From assembly GCA_964016885.1 (NCBI GenBank), contig OZ024741.1, forward strand, positions 97,526,001 to 97,590,000: DNA of 64,000 nucleotides, given 5' to 3'. The position numbers and the translations under genes are program-made. A model generated the notes under the pieces. That model did no database searches, was not told where the DNA came from, and saw only the letters and a program-made list of their open reading frames with translations. Every line of letters starts with the position of its first letter. Positions within the stretch are counted from its first letter, which is position 1. Below are positions 53,601 through 64,000 of the stretch, piece by piece. The stretch is from Eledone cirrhosa (taxonomy: Eukaryota).

Positions 53601-54810
53601 AAGTCACATCTGAACAGTAGGAATGCCATAAGTGCAGAAATTCCCGAGCTGTGTCTATTATTCGGTACAGGGCGGGAATTCTGAGATGGAATGTTGCTGA
53701 ACAAAAAGAAATGGATAGGAAGACTAGGAAGCTATTGACTATCTACAACATGTTCCACAAGAGGAGTGATGTCGATAGACTCTACTTAAGGAGATCTGAA
53801 GGTGGAAGAGGTCTTAACAGCATAGAGAACTGTGTTCAGATGGAGAAAAACAACCTACACAAATACGTGACTGATAGTAAGGAGCCAATGCTCAGAACTG
53901 TACTGAAGGAGAGGACAATAGACCAGGGGATGTCCAAGGAGGAAATAACATCAAGGAGAAAGAGCAGCCTTCATGAAAAATCCATTCATAGTACCTTCTT
54001 TGAGAAGACTGAATTCAGAGATCCACAGACATGGAACTGGTTGAAAAGAGGAGACCTTAAAAAGGTTACAGAAGGAATGTTAATGGCTGCGCAAGAGCAG
54101 GCCCTCAAAACGAAGTGGTTGAAACACCATATTTACAAGGAGGAGGCTACCCCACTGTGCAGGATCTGTGTGTAGAGAGAGAGAGGAGACTGTGGCTCAC
54201 ATTGTATCCGAGTGTAAACACCTAGCCCAGACTCACTATAAGGGCTGGATACATGATGTGATGGGCGGGGTGAACCACAGGCACCTATGCAAAGTAAACA
54301 ATTTACCACATTCTGAGAAGTGGTATGAGAATAAGCCAGAGTCGGTGATAGAAAACGATCAGGTGAAGGTGCTGCGAGATTTTAGGATACAGACGGACAA
54401 GAAACTGGAACACAATAGACCTGACCAGGTGGTTGTGGACATAGAAAAAAGATCGTGACTGATTGTGGATGTGGCCTGCCCATTCGACACGAGAGTGCAA
54501 GAAAAGGAGAGGGAGAAAATTAACCGATACCAGGACTTAAAGTGGGAGGTAAAAAGGATTTGGAACTGCCATGAAGTCAAAGTGGTCCCGATTGTCATAG
54601 GCGCACTAGGTACTATCTCAAAAAGTTTCCAGGGATGGTTAAAGAAAATTGGCCCCTTAACGCTTTTTGGAACGCTTCAAAAGGCATGCTTGCTGGGAAC
54701 AGCAACAACCCTCCGATACGTCCTGAATATCTGAGGCTGCAGGTAGTGGCTTGATATTCATTTCAACAAATTTCCAGTTAACTAACATCAATGACTGAGA
54801 CTCAAAGAAC
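50636..54810 (+). mobile_element. R4/Dong-clade non-LTR retrotransposon, near full-length, degenerate
   Basis: ORF 51367-54734 in pieces: N-terminal WTKELNRTVMQCY..GYRKRMHNIW; RT (NYRPITCL, EQKG, WIDYKKAFD, GIFQGDSLSP, FMDDLKL, YKYLG); CCHC finger; RLE (HNRPD, DVACPFD, EKINRYQDL). (TAA)n tail at 54811-54831. The 5' boundary is taken from homology with 36861-37590 and is approximate. Confidence 0.93.
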
Positions 54811-54831
54811 AATAATAATAATAATAATAAT

Positions 54832-54990
54832 GATTTCTTTATTGGCCACAAGGGCTGACATCAAGAAAAACATTACAGACGGCACAGGACGGTACGATAT
54901 CGGTTTTGTGCGGGTAAATATTTTTATTATTTATATAAGAAAAGAAAAAAAGGACATAGAAATATATATATATAAACAATAAAAATGAAC
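54832..54990 (-). mobile_element. 3'-UTR stub of Tx1 family B
   Basis: Matches 35660-35819 and 2071-2240; sits between two AAT tracts. Confidence 0.92.
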
Positions 54991-55005
54991 AATAATAATA
55001 ATAAT

Positions 55006-58000
55006 GATTTCATTTATTGGCCACATGGGCCGACATATAGGGGACAATACAAAAGACTGGAACAGTTGGGGTTTTACATATACAACGTCTAAACAATAGT
55101 AACAATAACAAAATAACAAGAAAAATACAATAAGAAAAATTTCCCAATAGGGGGATGACCACCCAGCGTTCACTCTGGAAACCCACCAATCCTGAACCAG
55201 CCGACGCTTCGAGAGCACCCGGGAAGGGCACCCTCTTCTCCTCAAATTCACTCACCTACAGGCGCATGATCAGAGTAGGCCCACTCACACAGGTATTTCT
55301 ATTCACATTCACCCACCTTTCAGCAAATGTACTGCAGGGGTAGCACTTCTCTCTCCACCCTCACCTTCCTTTCCAAGTGAAACTTGAAAACGTTGATGAG
55401 GCATTGGCCGAAGAGAAAAGTGACTGTCTTCAGTCCTTTGGACCTGGTCCATCATACAACCTCTTTCACTATTGCCACCAGACAGAGGAAAATTGCCTGT
55501 CCTTCCTGGCCAAAAGAAGGCGGCGGGTCGATATTCACTATGGACTCGGCCGATAGCCGGATCCGTTCTACACGCGACAGCAGCTGTTCAACGTAACTCC
55601 ACAAGTCAGAAATGCACGGACACTGGACGAAAGCGTGCAGAACGGTTTCGTCCCTCTGCGCGCATCTCGGGTGTGTCAGTCTGACAGCACTTCCGTGCAT
55701 GTAGAGTTTATCTCGAACCGGCAATGCCCCCCGGTAGCACTGCCAGGCGAGGGATTTTTGGAAATTATCCATCGTCCCCGGCTCGAAAGTTCTCCGGAAC
55801 AGCCTGATTTGTTCGAATTCGTCGACGCCCAGAGCCTCTCAGTGTGCGTCGTCGCACTTGCCCACCACTAATCCTCCATAGAACTCGACAGTGGAAGTTC
55901 CACTGACCGCATTGCCCGCTTGGTAGAGGGCAGTGAGTCCCTAGCAGCATTCCATATGCCAGTCACCCAATATTGGTCTCTTCTTGACCCAGGACTGCTG
56001 CTCAGTCAAAGAGACGAGCTGCGGAAAGGCCTGTCGGACAAACGGCGACCACACCTGTTCAACGTGCGCATGTCTGGGCATCGTTAGCCACGGCATGCCC
56101 AGCCCTCCACTTAGAGGGTGCTGGCAGAAGATGGACTGCCTCACCAACGGAACCTGACCCCTCTACAAGAATTTGAAGAGGAGCCGCTTCAAGTTGGCGA
56201 GGCCCGAACGGTGAAAAGGGACGACGGTCAGGCGGTAGTAGATGAATGACGCGATGTACGCGTTCGCCACCTCCGCCCGACCTTTAAGTAATAGCTTCCT
56301 TGCAGACCATTTCTAGGTGAGACTGGCAAACTCGCTCGTCACCTCGTCCCAATTCTTAACCGCCTGGATGTCTGGCTCGAACCAAACCCCGAGCAACTTT
56401 ACCGGTCGGTTCGTCCAGCGCCCAACGACGCTGTTGGACTACATGGACGTGCCTCTCCAGGTGCCGAGTTGCAAGTCCACCGACTTTTCCGGGTTAGGTT
56501 TTACTCCCTTCAACCTTTCATATTCCTCCAATAAGTTGCCGACCACCTCGATTTCCGAGGTGTCCGACACCATCACGGAGATGTCGTCCTCATAAGCCGA
56601 CACAGCCTTTTCGCGTACTGGTTCGAGCGGATGCCCTGCAATAGCTCCAGCTTCCTCAGTAAAGGCTCCAGAGTCAACGCGTACAGAAGGGAGGCGAGAG
56701 GACAACCTTGACGGACCGATCGGGAGATCTGAAACGGTTCCGAGTGGTGGTCATTAACTTTGACCACTGAGCAAATGACGCTGTGCATTACAGCAATCCA
56801 GCTTTTGAAGACGGGGCCGAAGCTAGCCGTCTTGAGGACAAACTCCAGGTACCGATGGTCGACCCTATCGAATGCTTTCGATTGATCTAAATTGATCAGA
56901 GCCCCACCGAAGCCAGGTTTACACCCTACCCTCTCTATGATGTATCGCATCAGGTGGAGTTTATCGTGTATGGACCTAGTTGAGATTGCACAAGTTTGCG
57001 CCTCCCTAACCAAATCCCCGACGACAATATTTCCCTAACACCTTGGCCCAAATCTTAAACTCTATGTTGAGCAGAGTTATGGGCCTGAAATTGTCTAATG
57101 TGTCACTCTTGTTCTTGTCTTTCCTTATCAGCGTCACTACGTCCCGGCTCACAGAACTGGGAATACTCCCGTTTTGCTGCCAGTTGCAGTAGAGGGCTTC
57201 GAGGAGATTGGAGAACAAGTCTGGCATATTTGCGTAAAGCTCGTAGGGCAGACCATCCAAGCCGGGTGACTTGCGCCTCATGCAGCCGTCAAGAGCATCC
57301 TGAATCTCGGCTGAAGTAATTGGCCTTTCGCAACGCCCAGCGTCAGCCGTCGAGAGTTGCGGCAAGCCATCGAGGTAGGGACTGAAGTCCGCCACCTTCT
57401 ATGACCCGCCACTTCCCCGAACTACCGAGCAAAATGTTGACGAAAGGCTTCACACATCCGATTGGAATCGCTCAGCTCCTGTCAGACTCGCTCCGTCAAA
57501 GAGTGAATCGTGATTTTATTAGCACGCTGCGCATCTGCCACGCGGCCCCATCAAACAGCTTTGGTTCCCTCGTTTCTCAGAGCAGGTGACTTGGCTCTGA
57601 CAATGCAACTTTCGTGTTTCGCATTGAAGAAATGATCTAATGCGATTCTCACCGCTAGCACGTCAGTTGCAATTCCATTATAAATAGTCTCGTCTAACTT
57701 ATCTGCCAGCTCCCCTCCTTTCTATTTTTCTCAAATGCAACTTCTTTTTCTAAACCCTATCGACATTACTCTATTCTCACTTTTGTGATCCCCCCACCAT
57801 CTATTGTTGACGATTCCCCTTGTCAACATTTTCTTAACTAAATCGTTGACCCGGGTTCTGTAAGCCTTACGTGCCGGAAACGACATGTTCAGCTAAAAGT
57901 AATCAGGTCCTAACCTACGCCTCTTATCTAGGTCGACCATACAAATCACAAACTTGTGATCTGAATAGGCGACCGTATGTAATTGTGGACACCCTATACT

Positions 58001-60910
58001 ATCCTTATCCACTAATCTTATTAGAAACCTATCTAAGTACGATCTAGATGTCCCTAAACGATTTGTCCAGGTCCACACTGGCGCATCAGGGAGATCTAGT
58101 CGGTACCTGTCAGACAGTTGGAACTGGCTAATCAGGTAATTGCGGTTTTTGCATCCCCCCCCACACACACACACTCCTATCAGTACTCACACACAGTCCC
58201 AGCGTGCGTCTAAGATGCCGTTCCAGTCCCACACTAACAGTAAAGGGCGAGACGTACTCAGAAAGGCTTCCAGGCGTCTAAAGAAATCCGGCCGTCCTTC
58301 CCCGGTAAGGGCGTAGACGTCCACCAGTCTAAAGGGACCACCTTCGCTATTGTTCACGTCCAGGACCACCAACTTACTCTCCGCGTCCCTGAAGATCGAC
58401 CTTACCTCGAGATCCAGGCCTTTCCTAAACAGCACTGCCACCCCACCTCCCATTCCCGGTCGACTAACAGATGTGAAGATCTGATAGTCGTTGAAAATAG
58501 GGCTAGTGCATGTGTGTTGGAAATCCTGGTCTCGCTGACGGCAATTACATCCATTTCTAAAGACCTGAGGTCGTTGAGCAGGTGACCTTGCTTCCAGGAC
58601 GATCCAAGGCTTCGAATATTTAAACATCATACTCTAAATATGGCCATGTTGGCAGGCTAAAAGAGGAAAGGTTTACTTACCTCCCGTGCTCTTGTGAAGG
58701 TCGACCACCATAGTTTGTGTGGTTTCTTTGGGGAACCCTTTTAAAAGTCTACTTGAGGCTTTTACACTGGGTGTACCCACGTCGTTGGGGAAGCTCCCTC
58801 TAATTGTTTGATAATTGGTTAATGCCATTCGCACCAACAAATGTGTTTGTGGCACCTTGAAAGTGCAGGTGTTAAACGCCTACCCCTCTTTCTCTATTCC
58901 CTTACTTCGTGTTATGAAGTTCAGTAATTTTGTGTTCGAATTCGTCACTAACACGAAGTTAGGTGTTGTGATTGTGAGTTGTTTTTGTTAGTGGTAGTGT
59001 TGTTGGTGGAGATGATGTTTGTGTTGACGGCTGTGTTTTGGCGGGGGAGGGTGTTGGAGAATGTGTGTCTGTTTTTGGTGCGAATGTGTCTTTTTTGTTT
59101 GCTGTTTGTGTTGGTGTGTAAGATTTCTTCTTGTGTTTTCTTTTTTTGTGTTTTTCTGTTTTTGCTTTCGGTGTTCCTCCTCATCTTCGTTTAGTGATGA
59201 AGACATTTCTGTGTTTGTGCCAGATGTAAGTGGAAGTGCGTGAATGGGTGTGTGTGTGTTTCAAAGTGTGGGTGTGTGTTGGATAGGGAGGGGGCGGGAT
59301 AGCTTCTTTGGAGTGGCCCCTGGGTGGTTTTGGTTGTCTTTGCAGTTAGTGTTGGTTCTGCTAGTGTTGCCGCTGCAGATTTTGTTGTTGGTGTTGTTTC
59401 TTCACGATGAGGCCTCAGCGTCGGCAGCAACGGGGTCTTTTGACCCACTGCATTTTTCAACAGCTGAGGGCAGAAGGATCGCATGTGTGTTTTTTCGCCG
59501 CAACTGATACCGTGCGCCCATTGCCCTTCATTGTAGAGCCGTCCCGATTTGGAGGCAGATCTGCTCCGGGATTTTCTTTATTTCTTCAGGTTTGATCTGA
59601 AGAAGTATCTCCAGATCAACCCCGGACCAGTCCTGTTTTCCTGTCCTGGTTAACTCTATTGGGACGGCATCTGAGCCCTCCACAATCACTCATCCCAAGA
59701 GCCACCACATATCTAGTCCAGGTGGAATCCTGGGACTGTAGACTATAATTGTTCTTTTCTCCATGTGGGAGGTGTACATAATAATCTTGCTGATTTTGCA
59801 AGGGGACGTCGATTGCTTCAAAGCGAGGGCCTCCGACTTAAACAACACTGAGATGGTGCCGTATTGTTGACCCCTCGCTACGTACTCTGTATCTCCTCTG
59901 ATGCACCTTGGGGAGAGTTTGTGGCTCTTTTCGTCTCAGCTGAGATGCATCTGAAAACCAGAATTCTCTTCCCCAGCGCTTCTATGGCCTCTGCCGGGAC
60001 AGTTAAGTTGGCCCAGGTTTGCTCCTGTTTGATGAGCTTCCATGCCTGGGCCAACTTTGTTTCCTTGTCTGTCAATTCCATGTTGAAGCATGGCATTTTC
60101 TTGGCTGTTGCCGCAGCGAAAGTGTTCTTGCTGTTGTCGTTGGTGTTGTTGTTGTCGTTGTTCTTGTTGGTGTTGCTGCTGTTATCACTGTTACGGTTGG
60201 TTATAATTTTGGGGCCGCCGTTGTTGTAGTGATCGGCGCAGTTGGTATTGTTGCTGTTGGTGCTGTCGCTGTTTATATTCTGGTTAGTGGTGTTAGTTTC
60301 GGTGTTGTTTTCGTTGATATTATTGCTTCTGCTATTGTTGTTATTGTTGTTGTTGCTGTTGTTGTGGTTGTCACTGTTGTTGATATTGTTGTCTTTGTTG
60401 TCGTTCTTTCTGTTGTTGGTGTTGTTGTCATTATTGCAGTTGTCGTTGATTTTCCTGTCGTTGTTGCTGGTGCTGTTGTCGTTTTTGTTCACGACCATTT
60501 GTTTCTTTTTACTGGTTTTGGTAATGTCGCTGTTGCTGCTGTTGTCATTTTTGTTCTCACTGTTGTTGGTGCTGGTGTTGGCGATATTGCCTGATGTGTC
60601 GTTGCATTTTTAAATTGTTGCGGGAGGGACAGTTTGCCAGAGTTTGATTCGCTGTCGCTAGGCAGCAAACTCAAACTTGGGGGTCGTGGCTCCGCCATGA
60701 TTTTTTTTTAAATAAAAACTTTGTTTTAAACACACAAAGTTAAAATATTTCGGCCAAAAGGTCCAAATATTATGGGGCGTCCTTTCTTGGGGCGAAGACT
60801 AAAGTCTTATTTCCCGTTTGAAATAAAAATATTAATGATAAACGTATTTCAAATCTTAGAAAATGCAAGCTTACGAGCTCACGATAGTACGTCCATTCGC
60901 TTCAACGACG
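55006..60910 (-). mobile_element. Tx1/L1-clade element, family A copy 2 (diverged subfamily), full-length, degenerate
   Basis: ORF1 starts MAEPRPP at 60698 (as at 24285) and contains KLAQAWKLIKQEQTWANL; ends TGGK* at 58673; ORF2 from 58647 in pieces; AAT tracts on both sides. Confidence 0.94.
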
Positions 60911-60928
60911 AATAATAATAATAATAAT

Positions 60929-61011
60929 TGTTTCTACTTTAGGCACAAGGCCAACAATTACCCAGTGCATTACTGGTACTTTATTTTATCTACCCCGTAA
61001 GGATGAAAGGC
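60929..61011 (-). mobile_element. 3' half of the SINE
   Basis: Reverse complement gcctttcatccttacggggtagataaaataaagtaccagtaatgcactggg..ggccttgtgcctaaagtagaaacaatt; its ATT tail abuts the 5' end of Tx1 A2. Confidence 0.85.
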
Positions 61012-61041
61012 AATAATAATAATAATAATAATGATAATAAT

Positions 61042-61240
61042 GCTTTCTTTATTAGCTCCAAGGGTTGACATAAAGTATTACATTAAGGAAAGCACATAGC
61101 GGTACAAGAAGGTACAAATGGACATATCTGCGTGTAAAGACAAAACAATAACAAAGGAAATAACAAAAAAGGAAACCGAAGAAAATTCTCCAATAAGAGG
61201 GAGACATCCGAGGGCACTCGTGGAGAAGGCCCATTAAAAA
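61042..61240 (-). mobile_element. 3'-UTR stub of a fifth Tx1 family (E), related to C/D
   Basis: Similar to 37940-38130: acataaagta..cattaagga, ggtacaaatgg.cat.tctgcgtgtaaa, gagac.tccgaggg; AATAAA plus ATT tail. Confidence 0.8.
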
Positions 61241-61579
61241 ATAATAACGATAATGAGAAGAAGAAGAAGAAGAAGAAGAAGAAGACACAACTCTTCAAAC
61301 AAACAGAAATATCATCAGCCATATCAATAAAATCAATAAGCTAATTCACCATAACCGAAGGAAGGTTCGAACCCATTCCTGCTAGAGAGCAGTCAGATTT
61401 CTTCAAACACACACTTGCATTGTTAAAAGAAAAAAAAAACCTCTTGGACAATGAAATCCCTGAAATGCAATCAGAGTGATTGAAAAAGGCACAGTTATCT
61501 TTCAAAGTTCTGCTGATCGAAGGAAAACACATCGGCTAAAGAACAACAGCAATAATAACGGCAATATTATCGGTAACAA

Positions 61580-61797
61580 GGGCGGTAGAATGGCAGTATT
61601 AGTAGAACGTCGGGCACTATGCTACGCAACATACAGTTACGTCCCTTTACGTTCTGCATTCAATTCCCGCCGAGGTTAGCGTTGCTTTTCATCCTTACGG
61701 GGTCGATAAAATAAAGTACCAGTAATGCACTAGGGTCGATTTAATCGACTTTCCCTTCCCTAACATAAATTGTGCATAAATCAAAAACCACTATTAT
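61580..61797 (+). mobile_element. tRNA-derived SINE, second near-complete copy
   Basis: gggcggtagaatggcagtattagtag (A-box-like), agttacgtccctttacg shared with the copy at 23755, degenerate B box, core catccttacggggtcgataaaataaagtaccagtaatgcac. Confidence 0.82.
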
Positions 61798-62966
61798 CGG
61801 GATCAACGTGATCTGGCTTAAATCATTCAAAATGTAGAGGATTCAGAGCTGCAGCATTCTCGACTATTTCATTTTAACAACTGTAGATGTATCCATCATC
61901 AAACCGAACTAAAAGAACAATAATACAATGAACAGAACCGAATCGTCTCTTTCGTGTAGCATTCAATTTATCTGGAGGTCAAGATGTGTAGATTAGATCG
62001 ACATCTTTAAATGGCTGTGACATGATTATATATGTATTTGGATCACGGCTGACTAGGAAATAACACAACAAAAATAACGACTATCTTAGCGATATACTGT
62101 CGCAAAATAATTTTCGAAACAGAAAGCTGAACATATAAATAACATGGTTCTAAGTAGTGAAATGTCTATCCTCTACTCAATCCAAGAGACGTGAGAGAAC
62201 CGGATGTTAAATGTATCATATTTCTTTTATAAATATAAAAGACGCCCATATTCTGCCCGCTGTGAAATAAATAGGGTATCAAATTGTTTCAACATCAAGT
62301 AATCGCATATTAGAAATCCATTTATGTTCACATGCTTACATTGATCTTTTACTAAACATTTGCTGATTGTGATAAATTTTGATGCTCACTATACTATAAT
62401 CCAACATGATAGAGATTTTTTTCTAAATTTAACTTAGAGTTAAGTACAATAATGTTGTCAATATATTTAGTCTTAGTGTTAGTGTGAAATATATGCATGC
62501 ATTTTTCATTTTAACGTGTTCGCTATTAAATAGCAGGTGTCTTGTCTTAAAATATAGTTAATTACATTATGAAAGCTATCTCTTTAGAATTACCATTTTG
62601 AAATCAAACGAAACTGATATTGGTTCTAATTATTTATTCATTTAAATCCCTGGCGTTTAAGTTACCGAAACAAATAAAATAATATTTGTAACATATGTAC
62701 GGAGTTTCAATAGAACTGATTCATATACTGCAACTATTCATGAGTTGGTGAGTATAAACACTGAACATAAAATATTAGAGCATTTAATTGGTTGTTTAAT
62801 GGATGTTCAATGGCCATTGCCCCCATAGCGAGATAATGTGGATGAAAACATCGGTGATTTGTCTAGTATATTTGCACAAAACTGTACTCTGTTAACCAAA
62901 CCCAAGAGGTAGCTGTTGGATGTCGAATAAAAGGCTGGGTCTTATGTCGAAGCCTATATACATCTG

Positions 62967-63019
<53 letters not shown>

Positions 63020-63021
<2 letters not shown>

Positions 63022-63145
63022 CGAAGGAAATGTGGTAAGGAACCAGGTGGACCATAACGCACGTACTCAATACTTTTTTTTTTTTAGTCCAGAATTAGCC
63101 GTCGAAACGGCTTCAGCTCACCAGTCGGGGTCCTACTCGTTCCTA
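63020..63145 (+). mobile_element. Rearranged AACGAAGG family copy in (TA)n
   Basis: aacgaaggaaatgtggtaaggaaccaggtggaccataacgcac, then the inverted arm gaattagccgtcgaaacggct..ttcctat. Confidence 0.85.
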
Positions 63146-63321
63146 TATATATATATATATACCTGAACTTCCACCAGGAAATGTTTCGTATCATTGAAAT
63201 GTTCTTTGCTTCTTGGATTTAAATATTCCACGACTCTCTACCACTTTTCCTCTACTAAAATCTTCTTACACCACCTTCTTCTGATGAAGCGTCCGAGAAG
63301 TTAAGACCCTCTTCCTGTTAT

Positions 63322-63399
63322 ATCAAGCGTTAATCTCATATATCCCTTCCATATACTGTGCCGATTGTGTTGTTATTTCTGTTTATCTTTTACATACAT

Positions 63400-63494
<95 letters not shown>

Positions 63495-63880
63495 AAATAA
63501 ATTTAATTATATTAAATTAAGGGAGTAATGTTCGAGACATGCGCCATATCCACCGTAGAATAAGCTCAAAGATTCCAATGAATAGATCCGAGCATTTTAC
63601 ATCAACTTGAAATTGATTGACATATATATATATTTTTAAAATAAACACATGAAACAATCACAGGGAATAATTTGTAAAGTGTGTAATCACACATAGCTAG
63701 GTAGGTAACTAATTAAAGTTTAATTAGAGCTTCAAATATTACCTTTTAAAAAATGATTAATCCTCCTTGTATATATTTCATTAAAGAAATATATTTCACC
63801 AATAATCAAGCGTTAACCTAATATATTCCTTACGTATACTGTACCGATTGTGTAATTTCTGTTTACCTTTTACATACATA
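63322..63880 (+). repeat. Two diverged copies of an about 75-bp segment (63322-63400, 63805-63880), each running into (CATA)/(TA)n
   Basis: atcaagcgttaa...atactgt.ccgattgtgt..atttctgttta.cttttacatacata. Confidence 0.78.
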
Positions 63881-63881
63881 C

Positions 63882-63918
<37 letters not shown>

Positions 63919-64000
63919 ACGAAGGAAATGTGGTGAGGAAACAGATGGACCATAACGCACCAAAGTACTCAATACTTAGGTGAGTAGCGTGGGTAATAGG
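63919..64000 (+). mobile_element. AACGAAGG family copy, cut by the window end
   Basis: aacgaaggaaatgtggtgaggaaacagatggaccataacgcaccaaagtactcaatacttagg directly after (TA)n. Confidence 0.88.

Noticed and set aside
63274-63300. CTGATGA hammerhead core
   Set aside because: No stem II, GAAA or stem III follows; at best a deleted remnant.

Overview
Eukaryotic, AT- and microsatellite-rich repeat DNA. I found no supportable host gene. A cephalopod/octopus-like origin is only an inference, from the SINE and simple-repeat content. The window falls into two microsatellite-defined niches. (1) At 1-6.6 kb and 23.4-61.3 kb, non-LTR retrotransposons are strung on (TAA)n/(ATT)n tracts. These comprise six long Tx1/L1-clade elements from four families (CCHC-knuckle ORF1; APE+RT ORF2; one copy with an uninterrupted 1139-codon ORF2), three Tx1 3' stubs, three R4/Dong-type RT+RLE elements and tRNA-derived SINEs. 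Tx1 and R4 use opposite strands of the microsatellite and meet tail-to-tail three times. (2) At 6.9-23 kb and 63-64 kb, (TA)n-anchored Penelope-like fragments carry hammerhead ribozyme motifs and many fold-back structures. Leading observations: a perfect GGTAAGT splice-donor motif overlaps the ORF1 stop in all six Tx1 copies, in two different reading frames; one element looks like an ORF1/ORF2 chimera joined at that donor position; an R4 copy has a GT..AG-compatible internal deletion; and a covarying 3' CTTGT stem-loop is shared by the Tx1 families and the SINE. Family labels A-E are mine. All similarities were judged by eye.
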